Assembly: GCA_041853585.1 (NCBI GenBank)
Contig: JBGZSM010000069.1
Span: 867-64,866, forward strand
Direction of reading: 5' to 3'
From: Filifactoraceae bacterium
Lineage (GTDB): Bacteria; Bacillota; Clostridia; Peptostreptococcales; Filifactoraceae
Length of the DNA: 64,000 bases
The notes beneath the pieces were generated by a model. The model did not search any database and had not been told where the DNA came from. It saw only the letters and a program-made list of their open reading frames with translations. This document shows, one piece after another, positions 9,838 to 18,818 of this stretch (position 1 is the stretch's first letter; every line of letters begins with the position of its first letter). The position numbers and the translations under genes are program-made.

Positions 9838-10800
9838 TTATAGTTTCATACAATGAATTTCACTTCTCTCCCCTCGATGCTCCAATCGCCTAGCAAGAAT
9901 ATCCAAAATTTTTCGCGGTAAATACCGGGAAGCGATATGCAGATGCAGCGCCTTCTCCCGCGCACCGACACGCAATTTCGAATATGCCGTCGTCTGCCCG
10001 AGATGAATTTTGTCAAACCCTTCGCCGAGTTTTAAAATCTCCAGCAGAATATTTATATACAAATCATATTTTTTGTTCTGAGCATGTGCAAAGCCGCAAA
10101 AGAGAAAAATCAGCTCCTTGTCGAAGGCTCTGGTTTGGAAAAAACCGATGAGCTCCTTTTTTTCATTTGAGATTCGATACAGATTCGCATCGCATCTTTT
10201 GAAAAAATCGATGCCGAGCTTTTCCAGCTTCCCCTCGGAGCGCTCATAGACTTCTTCATAAAAAGCATAGAGTTTCTCATCGAAATTTGACGGATGAATG
10301 GATTCAAACACAAGATTTTTTCCTCTGTCCATCGCCTTACGAATTCGGTAGCGATAGTGGCTGCGCATCTTGCTCAAATAAATTTCAAAATCGTCCACCA
10401 CCGTGTGAAAACTCGGCAGGGTCTTACCCTTGGCAAGCCGAAGTCCTCCATCGGTGTTAAGCACGAGCAGCAGCGCAAAGCTCGAAAGATATTTTTCCAA
10501 TATCGGCAAATTCTCCCTCGGGCAAGCATACCCGGCGCTCGCGACCGAAAGCGGAATGCCGGCAATTTCTATCGGCAAACGAAGCGATAATGTTTGGCTG
10601 AAGGTCAGAATATCCAATTTCAAACGATAAGTAATGAGCAGGATTTGATATTTTTCATGGAAATGATATCGCTGATGACAGGGATTGACCTCCTCCATAA
10701 AACTCAAAAATTCTCTTTTCAAAAAAGGATTGCTCGAGCATTCATCCCAACGAGCCGGCAAATCCTTCGCGCTGTCAAAAATCACAAATTCCGTCTTCAT
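9838..10800 (-). CDS. FemAB-like / DUF482-type GNAT-fold acyltransferase
   Basis: N-terminal W..C..NPFLKREFLSFMEE signature, and a C-terminal half resembling the BioF2/FemAB-like acyltransferase fold. ATGA overlap with the upstream GNAT gene. Confidence 0.5.
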   Translation of the reverse strand: MKTEFVIFDSAKDLPARWDECSSNPFLKREFLSFMEEVNPCHQRYHFHEKYQILLITYRLKLDILTFSQTLSLRLPIEIAGIPLSVASAGYACPRENLPILEKYLSSFALLLVLNTDGGLRLAKGKTLPSFHTVVDDFEIYLSKMRSHYRYRIRKAMDRGKNLVFESIHPSNFDEKLYAFYEEVYERSEGKLEKLGIDFFKRCDANLYRISNEKKELIGFFQTRAFDKELIFLFCGFAHAQNKKYDLYINILLEILKLGEGFDKIHLGQTTAYSKLRVGAREKALHLHIASRYLPRKILDILARRLEHRGERSEIHCMKL

Positions 10801-11867
10801 AGATTGATTTCAAACACTTTGTAATGCTTGCTTTCTTTTTTTATAAAATGAGTTGTCACATTTTTGGAGCTTGAATTGTCATCCAATATCCAGCCCGACT
10901 CGATGAAACGGTATTTTTCTTTGTTGAGCTCATAGCAATGCTTGAGCAGCGCATAGAGCGCCGCCGAGCGACGGTACTTCGGGATGATGCCGAATTCCGT
11001 AAACTTCAGCGTATCAATCAGCCCCGGCAGGAATCGGCTCTTCAAAAAGGCCATCAATCCCAGTTCCTGTCCTCCGCTGATGAGCTGATTGAAATCGGGA
11101 TACCAAAGAATGAATCCGACCGGCAAATCATCCTTGTAGGCGAAAAGCAAATTTTCCGGTTTCAAAAAGAGTTTGTATTCATTAAACAGCTCGATATCTT
11201 CCGCCTCTCTGCTCTCATAATAATATTCATGCTCGGCGAATGCGAGATTGTTGATTCTCCCGTAAATCTTGGCCGTCTTTTCGATATGTTGAAAATCCGC
11301 ATGGCGAACTTCAAACTGCGCCATTCGTTGCTCCAGCGCGGGCGATGGATTGAGCTTGATGTCCTCAATCAACCCTTTGTAGCTCACGAGATTTTTTGTC
11401 GTCGTCGCCAATTTTTCCAAATGCTCGGTATAATATGCGGGATTGTACGCGCTGCCGATGCTCTGCACTTTGTCAAAATCGCTCGCAAGCAGACCCAAAC
11501 CATAGTTGACATGAAAATTGAGTCCGATGAGAATGCTTCGAATCCGTCGTTCTTTTGCAAATTCCTTGGCGAAATCGACGATGGCTTTGGCAATCTCAAA
11601 ATCATTTCTCATTTCCAAAAAAGCGATTTGCAACTTGTCCGCCATTCTGTCAATCACCGCCAAAAATGCCATGCCTACGATTTGATTATTTTTCTCCGCC
11701 ACAATCGGCACGATTTCGGATTTTTTCTGAATCTCCATCTTTCCGGCGAACAATGCTTTCAGCGTTCTGCTCTGATGGTCCCGATAATTTGAATTGCCTC
11801 GATAGATTTCCTTTTGAAAATGCAGCATCGCTACAAAATCCTCCGGCTTTGCGAATCGTACAATCAT
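10797..11867 (-). CDS. Long (~356 aa) GNAT-family acyltransferase, paralog of 26913-27977
   Basis: Shared architecture and the YNP.YY motif with the second copy. GNAT-like C-terminal half (GIIPKYRRSAALYALL). First gene of the radical SAM operon. Confidence 0.6.
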   Translation of the reverse strand: MIVRFAKPEDFVAMLHFQKEIYRGNSNYRDHQSRTLKALFAGKMEIQKKSEIVPIVAEKNNQIVGMAFLAVIDRMADKLQIAFLEMRNDFEIAKAIVDFAKEFAKERRIRSILIGLNFHVNYGLGLLASDFDKVQSIGSAYNPAYYTEHLEKLATTTKNLVSYKGLIEDIKLNPSPALEQRMAQFEVRHADFQHIEKTAKIYGRINNLAFAEHEYYYESREAEDIELFNEYKLFLKPENLLFAYKDDLPVGFILWYPDFNQLISGGQELGLMAFLKSRFLPGLIDTLKFTEFGIIPKYRRSAALYALLKHCYELNKEKYRFIESGWILDDNSSSKNVTTHFIKKESKHYKVFEINL

Positions 11868-11881
11868 TTTTGCTCCCCTAC

Positions 11882-11912
11882 GAAAAAAGGATAGGGCTGC
11901 TTTCCTATCCTT
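11882..11912 (-). terminator. Terminator/attenuator hairpin immediately upstream of the radical SAM operon
   Basis: On the minus strand, aaggatagg-aaagcagc-cctatcctt is followed by TTTTTT. It lies only about 15 nt before the first start codon at 11867. Confidence 0.55.
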
Positions 11913-11953
11913 AAAAGTTATCTAGCTATGCCCATCGGCATCATTTGTTATTT

Positions 11954-12400
11954 TTATTTTACAGTAAATCCTTGAGCTGTCAACGCCTCTTCAACTTTTT
12001 GCATGCTTGTCACCTGCTCAGGGTCAATTGTCATTCCGCCTGCAATCTCAGAGATTTTTTCCAAATCCACTTTAGAATAATCTACCGATGAAGTCATCAC
12101 GATAGTTTCTCCGTCAATCACATATTCATTAGTAATACCTTCTACCGGCTGAACCGCAGACTTCATTGTCTCGACTGTTTTTTCAGCCTGCTCTTTGTTT
12201 TCAATCATCATCGATGCGAAAGGCATTACCGTTTTCATATCCAACTTTGTGATCTTATCACCTTCATGAGTATAAGTCATCTCTGTTGCTATTCCGTTAT
12301 CTTCATGTGTAAATGTTTTTGTTGCTGATTTTGAACCACATGCTGTAAGGGCAAGCATAAGCACCATCACAGCTACCAAACCTTTCAATAGTTTTTTCAT
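11954..12400 (-). CDS. YehR/DUF1307-like lipoprotein
   Basis: MKKLLKGLVAVMVLMLALTAC lipobox. The mature sequence pattern (TF..E.NG....MTYTH.GDKI.K) is typical of DUF1307. Confidence 0.6.
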   Translation of the reverse strand: MKKLLKGLVAVMVLMLALTACGSKSATKTFTHEDNGIATEMTYTHEGDKITKLDMKTVMPFASMMIENKEQAEKTVETMKSAVQPVEGITNEYVIDGETIVMTSSVDYSKVDLEKISEIAGGMTIDPEQVTSMQKVEEALTAQGFTVK

Positions 12401-12740
12401 TTTGTCCTCCTCATTCATAAATAACAAATCCATCGTGTTGTCAATCCGCACATTGCGCTTGCACTAGATAACCTGAAAGTTCAATCTTCAAAACTCAATG
12501 CTTGTGAAAAATTCTAATGGATTAACAAAATACGATGTCTTGTGCATTATACCCTTTATTACAAATTGATGTCAATAGAAAAGAATTTACAAAACAGTAA
12601 CAAAATCAGTCAATTCGTGACCAAGAATTATTCATTCGGCTCGCATCGAGAGATTTTTAATACAAAAAACTCTTTTCGATTCGCTCTTTATTTTTATCTT
12701 CCCTTGTTTTCATATCCGCACAAAATCCTGTAACGACAAT

Positions 12741-13487
12741 CTATCCGAGCTCTCCATCCGTCATATCTTCGACGAGATGACGCCAATAATATTTCGGCAA
12801 ATTGCTCTGCTGCAATTTTTTATTTTGACGCTCGCGAATCGAAATGCTTTTATGAAAAACATTCCACAAAAATGCGTATTCCAATTCGGCATCGCTCCAC
12901 TTGATTTCGACTTTTTCGGTAAAAAATAAATCGATGCGCTGTCCGTCATAGTATGCGAGCATATTTCTTTTTTTGTCATAGATAGCAAATCGCTCTCGCA
13001 CCAGTCGATTTTTAAAATGGGAAAGCAGTATCGGCAACACATTATTTTTCGGCTCAATGGTCGAAAACAATGTGCCGTCGTGCATTTCTCGAAATCGCAG
13101 AAGTCCCAGATAGCGATGACGCTCACGCAACACATTGCGCACCAACTTGTTCATTTGCAAGGCATATTCGTCCACCGATTCCAAAATCCCTTCTCCACAT
13201 TCCATCGCCCGAAAAATCATCCGCACGATGATTTCGTCTTTGTGCGGCTCGCAGGACAAAAAACAGGCTTGCAAATCCGCAAAAAATTGATACGAAAATT
13301 TTTCGCGCAGATATTTTTCAACGCGCCGCGCTTTTTCAACATCGGTCGCCACATAGATTTCGCTCGTGTCAAAGGCGAGCTGCTCCGGCTCGGCGCTGAT
13401 TCTTCCTAGTTCTTTACGGTGTTTGTAGGATTCAAAGACGACGCTCAACAGACCGTCAAAATCCCCGTCATAGTAATAATGATACAT
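12741..13487 (-). CDS. DUF4130 / TIGR03915-type probable DNA metabolism protein
   Basis: MYHYYYDGDFDGLLSVVFESYK N-terminus and RF.E..DG.L....EP...V C-terminal half. It overlaps the stop of the radical SAM partner gene. Confidence 0.7.
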   Translation of the reverse strand: MYHYYYDGDFDGLLSVVFESYKHRKELGRISAEPEQLAFDTSEIYVATDVEKARRVEKYLREKFSYQFFADLQACFLSCEPHKDEIIVRMIFRAMECGEGILESVDEYALQMNKLVRNVLRERHRYLGLLRFREMHDGTLFSTIEPKNNVLPILLSHFKNRLVRERFAIYDKKRNMLAYYDGQRIDLFFTEKVEIKWSDAELEYAFLWNVFHKSISIRERQNKKLQQSNLPKYYWRHLVEDMTDGELG

Positions 13488-14767
13488 TACTCCCCTCCAT
13501 TTCCCAATAATGAAGCGGCATTTGCTTTGTCAAAAAAACCGATTTGCTGAACCGCAGGCTTTTCTCCTTCGAGCAAAAGATTTCGGATGCTGCTCGGATT
13601 TTCCTTATACAAACCGTAATATTTCCCATCGACCGTAATAAAATACTTCGCGCGTTTGAGCACCACGCCGATTTTCTTCAAATGCTCGTATTGAATTTTA
13701 CTATGCTTTCGCGCTTTGATGATGCGCAGCGCTGAAGTGACACCCAAACCGGGAATGCGTAGCAAATCATTATAGGACGCCGTATTGATCTCCATCGGGA
13801 AGCGATGCCAGTTGTGAATCGCCCAATTCGCCTTCGGGTCGAGCAGCGGGTCGAAAAAAGCATTCTGCTCGCTGAGCAATTCGTCGGCGCGAAATTTATA
13901 AAACCGCAGCAACCAATCCGCTTGATACAGGCGATGCTCACGAAGCATCGGCGCAGCACCGACATGAGCCAGCGCGCCCGTTTTGTTCACCGGAATGTAG
14001 GCGGAATAATACACTCTTTTGAGTCCGAAACCATTGTAAAGTTGCTCGCTCTTGTTTAAAATCGTGTAATCGCTTTCGCCGCTCGCGCCGATAATCATCT
14101 GCGTCGTCTGTCCCGCCGGCACAAAACTCGGCGTGCTCTTAAACAATGCTTTCTCCTGAAAGCGCTGAATCTGATGACTATAAATCCGGCTCATCGATGT
14201 GATGATGTCGCTCACTTTTTTATCCGGTGCAAGCAGCTGCAGTCCCTGATTGTCCGCCATCTCAACATTCACCGAGACTCTGTCGACATACATGCCCAAG
14301 GTCTGTATCAATTCTTGGCTCGCTCCCGGAATCACCTTCATGTGAATGTAGCCGTTGAATTTTTCTTCGACGCGCAATCGTCGGGCAACGGCAATCAATC
14401 TTTCCATCGTGTAATCCGGATTTTTCAAAATGCCGGAGCTTAAAAAAAGTCCTTCGATATAATTTCGACGATAGAAGTTGATGGTCAAATCGACGATTTC
14501 ATCCGGCGAAAGTGTCGCCCGCTCGATATCGTTGCTGCGTCGGTTGACGCAATAAGCGCAATCGTAAGCGCAATGATTGCTCATCAATATTTTGAGCAAT
14601 GAAATGCATCGCCCGTCCGCCGACCATGAATGACAGATGCCGCTCTTTGCCGCGTTTCCGATTCCATCCGTCGTATTTTTTCGCTCGCTGCCGCTGGATG
14701 AGCAAGACACATCGTATTTTGCCGCGTCGCTGAGAATTCTTAACTTGTCCTGTGTCGATTGATTCAT
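13487..14767 (-). CDS. Putative DNA modification/repair radical SAM protein (HhH C-terminus)
   Basis: DAAKYDVSCSSSG...CAYDCAYCVNR radical SAM motif, with a C-terminal LLRIPGLGVTSALRIIKAR helix-hairpin-helix. The start ATG at 14767 is supported by the RBS aaggaggag. Confidence 0.8.
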   Translation of the reverse strand: MNQSTQDKLRILSDAAKYDVSCSSSGSERKNTTDGIGNAAKSGICHSWSADGRCISLLKILMSNHCAYDCAYCVNRRSNDIERATLSPDEIVDLTINFYRRNYIEGLFLSSGILKNPDYTMERLIAVARRLRVEEKFNGYIHMKVIPGASQELIQTLGMYVDRVSVNVEMADNQGLQLLAPDKKVSDIITSMSRIYSHQIQRFQEKALFKSTPSFVPAGQTTQMIIGASGESDYTILNKSEQLYNGFGLKRVYYSAYIPVNKTGALAHVGAAPMLREHRLYQADWLLRFYKFRADELLSEQNAFFDPLLDPKANWAIHNWHRFPMEINTASYNDLLRIPGLGVTSALRIIKARKHSKIQYEHLKKIGVVLKRAKYFITVDGKYYGLYKENPSSIRNLLLEGEKPAVQQIGFFDKANAASLLGNGGE

Positions 14768-15193
14768 TTGCTCCTCCTTGCTCAATTTCCGGATTCGAAT
14801 CGGGATTGCAGACGGACTTTACCGCCTCCGTTGATTTATATATCCAATTAAACTTGATTTCGAATCTCGCTTCTTTTCCATTCCGTATTTACTTTTACAT
14901 TTCACTTGCAATTGTGATTTCGGTTTTCTATTCGATTCTTATTCCGATTTAAAGTGCACTCACTTTTCGAAAAAATTCATCCGCAACTTTTCCCGAAAAT
15001 ACATCATAACTATTCTTTTTAATTTCTTTTTTTCTTATATTTTTCCGTTTACGATATTATATCACGCGAAAAAGAAAAAAACCGGAAATCTTGAAAATTT
15101 TTTCGATAAATTTTTTGAAAGGCTTGCCAAGGATATTTTTTTGCGATACTGTTAAAGAAAGGAATACGAAAAAATTTATAAGGACGGAGAACT

Positions 15194-15697
15194 ATGAAAA
15201 CAGCGCTATGTATTCAAAGGATGATTGACTTTTACAATGGGGATGTACGCGAAATCAATCATTTCTTAAAGGTGTATGCTTTTGCACGAACGATTGGAAG
15301 AGCGCAGGGTCTTGATGAACGAATGCAGGAAATTTTGGAAGTCGCGGCAATCGTTCATGACATCGCCTGCCCTTTGTGCCGAGCAAAATACGGACATGCG
15401 GATGGAAAAATGCAGGAATTGGAAGGACCGCCGCTCGCGAAGGATTTTTTGATATCGCTCGGTTATGAGGATGATTTCATTTCAAGAATTTGTTTTCTGG
15501 TCGGGCATCATCACAGCTACGACGAGGTCGATAACATCGATTATCAAATTTTGCTGGAAGCCGATTTTTTGGTCAATGCTTTTGAGAGTAACTACTCGGC
15601 AAATGCGATTGAAAAGGCGGCGGCAAATATTTTCAAAACCGAAACGGGATTGCAGCTTTTAAAATCCATGTATATTGCCAAATCCGTGGGAATATAG
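15194..15697 (+). CDS. HD-domain phosphohydrolase
   Basis: AAIVHDIA (H-D motif) and a downstream GHHH segment. Complete ORF with an RBS. Confidence 0.6.
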   Translation: MKTALCIQRMIDFYNGDVREINHFLKVYAFARTIGRAQGLDERMQEILEVAAIVHDIACPLCRAKYGHADGKMQELEGPPLAKDFLISLGYEDDFISRICFLVGHHHSYDEVDNIDYQILLEADFLVNAFESNYSANAIEKAAANIFKTETGLQLLKSMYIAKSVGI

Positions 15698-15803
15698 TAT
15701 AAAAGGTATCGCTGCGGTTTTCATCGATTCGCAAACGAACACATCGCAGGATACCTTTTTTACATTCTCTTTTTTACAAGTTACAGCGCGATTTCCGTAC
15801 GGA

Positions 15804-16187
15804 TTATTTCTTGCCGTCGGTTTTCTCTTGGAATTTCCGATTGTTGATAATAAAGCGCTCATGTGTTCCTTCACCAATCAAGCCTTTTTCATCATAGGCT
15901 TTGAGTTCGAATTTGAGTTTGCGCTCATCAATTGCCACCAATTCGCTTTCGCAATACACTTTCATGCCGAGCGGAGTCGCCGCAATATGTTTTACATCGA
16001 GCGAAATGCCGACGGTTCCATCGCCCTCCGGCAAAAATTCGCTCATGCTCATCCATGCCGTTTTTTCCATCAGCGCAATCATCGCCGGTGTCGCAAACAC
16101 ATCCAGCGTTCCGCTGCCCAAGGTTTTTGCCGAATTGTTTTCACTTACCGTAATTTCCTGTCTTCCTTTGATTCCGATTTTCAACAT
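15804..16187 (-). CDS. Hotdog-fold thioesterase (FlK-like family)
   Basis: 127 aa; V...NSA..LGSGTLDVFATPAMIALME...GTHERFII resembles FlK-type acyl-CoA thioesterases. Confidence 0.6.
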   Translation of the reverse strand: MLKIGIKGRQEITVSENNSAKTLGSGTLDVFATPAMIALMEKTAWMSMSEFLPEGDGTVGISLDVKHIAATPLGMKVYCESELVAIDERKLKFELKAYDEKGLIGEGTHERFIINNRKFQEKTDGKK

Positions 16188-16219
16188 AATATTTCCTTTC
16201 CAAGTTTTTTAATACATTT

Positions 16220-16257
16220 TTATTTTCCGTTTCGAATTTTATTTTCCATTTCGAATT
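16220..16257. repeat. Tandem 19-bp direct repeat (ttattttccgtttcgaatt / ttattttccatttcgaatt)
   Basis: Two adjacent units with one mismatch, each carrying a TTCGAA palindrome. They lie between the phaC terminator and the thioesterase start. Confidence 0.8.
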
Positions 16258-16311
16258 TCGTTTTTCAAATCCGATTTTATTTCAACTATATGGTATCAAA
16301 TCCCGGATGGA

Positions 16312-16356
16312 ATGTAAATAAAAATACCTACACTTCATTTGAAATGTAGGTATTTT
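16312..16356 (-). terminator. Rho-independent terminator after phaC
   Basis: On the minus strand, aaatacctaca-loop-tgtaggtattt is followed by TTTTATTT. Confidence 0.7.
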
Positions 16357-16406
16357 AAATTTGAGATGCGCCCGTCCTTGAACAGAGCAGTGCAGCCATC
16401 TTCATT

Positions 16407-17477
16407 TTATTTTGTCTTTGATTTCTCTTTCAGCCATTTGGAAATAAGTGGAGCGACTTCTTTTTTCGCTTTGGAACTCACATACATTCCGATATGTCCC
16501 GTCGGTATTCCGTGAGTCTCAATATCTTTCGTTCCGACATATTTTGCAAGCGGAATACTTGCAGCCGGCGGCACGATATGGTCTTTTTCCGCATATACAT
16601 TGAGTACGGGCATTGTGATATTTTTCAAATCCACCTTCGCATCGCCAATCATCATCTTGCCTTTAATCAATTTGTTTTCTTTGTAAAGGTCATTGATGAA
16701 TTGTCGAATTGTTTCTCCCGCTTGACCCGGACTGTCAAAAATCCAGTTCTCCATACGCAGGAAGTTGTTCATCACTTCCGGTTTGTCAAAGTCATCAATG
16801 AGGTTGAGATATTTTCCAACCATCAGCGAAATCGGCTTCATTGTCAAGAATCCGTTGTTCATAAAATCGCCCGGAATGACTCCGTACGCATCGACCATCT
16901 TGTCAATGTCCAGATATTTTCCCCATCGGAACAACAATCCGTCATCCGTTGAGAAATCCACCGGTGCAACCATCGTTACCAACGCATTGATATTTTGCGG
17001 ATGAAGTGAAGAGTACATTAAAGAGAAAGTTCCGCCCTGACATACGCCGAGCATATTGATTTTCTCTTTTTTGGAATGTGCCTTGACCGCCTCGACCGCA
17101 TTATCGATATAGCCTTGAATATAATCTTCCAAAGTCAGATATCTGTCTTCCGCTGTCGGATATCCCCAGTCGATAATATACAGATCCTGCCCGTCTCTGA
17201 GCATATTCTGCACAAAGCTCGTATCTTCCTGCAAGTCCATCATGGTCTCGCGATTTACCAAAGCATAGACAATCAGAGTCGGTACTTTGTTGATGCTTCG
17301 AACAAGCGGTTTGTATCGATACACTTTCATCTTGTCTTCCGAATAAATCAATGTTTTCTCGGAGAAACCCGGCTCCGGGTCTCCTGCATGAAGCATCGTT
17401 TCAAATCCCTCAAGCAATTTTTTCTGAGTTTGTATGCTTTCCTCAAAGCTTTTCTTCCAATCAAATGTTTTGTCCAT
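16407..17477 (-). CDS. phaC: Class III poly(R)-hydroxyalkanoate synthase catalytic subunit
   Basis: About 355 aa alpha/beta hydrolase with the lipase-box-like GVCQGG (Cys nucleophile) and a conserved C-terminal H (TGHIGMYVS). Confidence 0.8.
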   Translation of the reverse strand: MDKTFDWKKSFEESIQTQKKLLEGFETMLHAGDPEPGFSEKTLIYSEDKMKVYRYKPLVRSINKVPTLIVYALVNRETMMDLQEDTSFVQNMLRDGQDLYIIDWGYPTAEDRYLTLEDYIQGYIDNAVEAVKAHSKKEKINMLGVCQGGTFSLMYSSLHPQNINALVTMVAPVDFSTDDGLLFRWGKYLDIDKMVDAYGVIPGDFMNNGFLTMKPISLMVGKYLNLIDDFDKPEVMNNFLRMENWIFDSPGQAGETIRQFINDLYKENKLIKGKMMIGDAKVDLKNITMPVLNVYAEKDHIVPPAASIPLAKYVGTKDIETHGIPTGHIGMYVSSKAKKEVAPLISKWLKEKSKTK

Positions 17478-17507
17478 TAAAAATTCTCCCTTCAAGATAC
17501 ACATAAT

Positions 17508-18806
17508 CTACTCCTGAGTCTGAACCGGAACAACGGCCTGCGCTTTTTTCATTGCTTTCAGTTCTTTTTTCAATTCGTAAATCGTTTTATACAGGCTGTC
17601 AATCTCACTTCTTGTCACGATTGGTGTATCCGAGAGATATCTTTCAACCAATTTTTGCATCTCGATTTTGTAATCCATCGCCGCAGAAGAAAGTTGACCC
17701 AACATCTTCGCATATTCCGGAGTGGCAAAGTAAGAATCGAAAACCCCTTCCAATTCATTGGACCAGTAAGTGTAGAACTCATTGAAAGTTTTTGGCTGTG
17801 TTCCCTGCTCCGCCATTTCAAGATACTTTTTAATCATATCATCCAGATTCTCATTTTGCACCGCAAAAATTCTGGAAGTGAAATCCGTACTGAGCAATAC
17901 CATATCCACATAGGTGTCAAAAGCCTTGCTCTGTTGCTCAATAAGCTCCTTGTTTATGCCCAGCGAAGGAGAAAGCAAAATCGCTCCGAAAGTTCTGTCA
18001 AACTGTGCTCGCCAAAGCTCAAAGAACTCGCCGAGTTTGGTTTTGTCCGTCAGCACACCTTCAACGAACAAATCACGAAGCTGTTTTGCATTGCTTGTCC
18101 ACGGCTCAAAGAAATTGCCATTTGTTTTTGCATACGCTTTGAACAGCTCAAACGGATCTTTAGCAAAAGATTGGAACTCCTGAGGAAGCATCGGCAATAC
18201 CATATCTTTGAACATCACATCATATTTTTCAGCTAAAGTGGATGCATATTTTTTCACTTCATCGGAAATCGGTTTGATATGCGTATCTTCCAACTCTTTC
18301 CAGAACTTATATACATTCAGATAATATGTGTTCGCCTGCATCATTTTTTCCAGTAAATCTTTCGCCGCCGGGGTAAATGCCTTACCCATCTCCAGCGGAT
18401 TGTAATATCCTCTCAGCTTGTCAAAATATTCGTGGATGCTCTCCTGAGACTCTGCCCATTTGCTCATATCTACAAATGGAAAAGCGCCGGACTTTCCGAA
18501 GTTGGAAAAATCGGCCATATATTTGGACATCTGCTCCATATAATTCTTTTGCATATCCACGAAAAACTCAAATGCTTTCGGGTCAAAAGCCGGATTCTTA
18601 AAGTAATCCGTAAAAATCTTGCTCAACTCCGCCGGATTGTTTGTCCCCATCGTTTCCATAAATTTCTTTTGCATTTCAAAAAAGTCGCTCATAGATTTTG
18701 TATAAGGATTCTCGGAAACATTGGACATCTTTTTATACATATCCTGCCAAGATTCCATCATACTCTTTTGGCTATCCATCATCGTTTTGAAAAAATCATT
18801 GCTCAT
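17508..18806 (-). CDS. phaE: PhaE-like subunit of class III PHA synthase
   Basis: Immediately upstream of phaC. A repetitive F/W/M-rich helical protein with a C-terminal coiled segment (RSEIDSLYKTIYELKKELKAMKK), as in PhaE. Confidence 0.5.
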   Translation of the reverse strand: MSNDFFKTMMDSQKSMMESWQDMYKKMSNVSENPYTKSMSDFFEMQKKFMETMGTNNPAELSKIFTDYFKNPAFDPKAFEFFVDMQKNYMEQMSKYMADFSNFGKSGAFPFVDMSKWAESQESIHEYFDKLRGYYNPLEMGKAFTPAAKDLLEKMMQANTYYLNVYKFWKELEDTHIKPISDEVKKYASTLAEKYDVMFKDMVLPMLPQEFQSFAKDPFELFKAYAKTNGNFFEPWTSNAKQLRDLFVEGVLTDKTKLGEFFELWRAQFDRTFGAILLSPSLGINKELIEQQSKAFDTYVDMVLLSTDFTSRIFAVQNENLDDMIKKYLEMAEQGTQPKTFNEFYTYWSNELEGVFDSYFATPEYAKMLGQLSSAAMDYKIEMQKLVERYLSDTPIVTRSEIDSLYKTIYELKKELKAMKKAQAVVPVQTQE

Positions 18807-18818
18807 AGCTACCTCCCA

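Noticed and set aside
2758-11867. The radical SAM cluster might be a RiPP (precursor peptide) pathway.
   Set aside because: All intergenic gaps are 60 nt or less. No short ORF, leader-peptidase or exporter is visible in or next to the operon. A RiPP pathway cannot be fully excluded, because a precursor could be encoded elsewhere.
14790-14815. A tRNA-like T-loop sequence (ggattcgaatc).
   Set aside because: The flanking bases do not form a T-stem, acceptor stem or anticodon arm on either strand. It is a 10-bp palindrome instead (noted as a possible operator).
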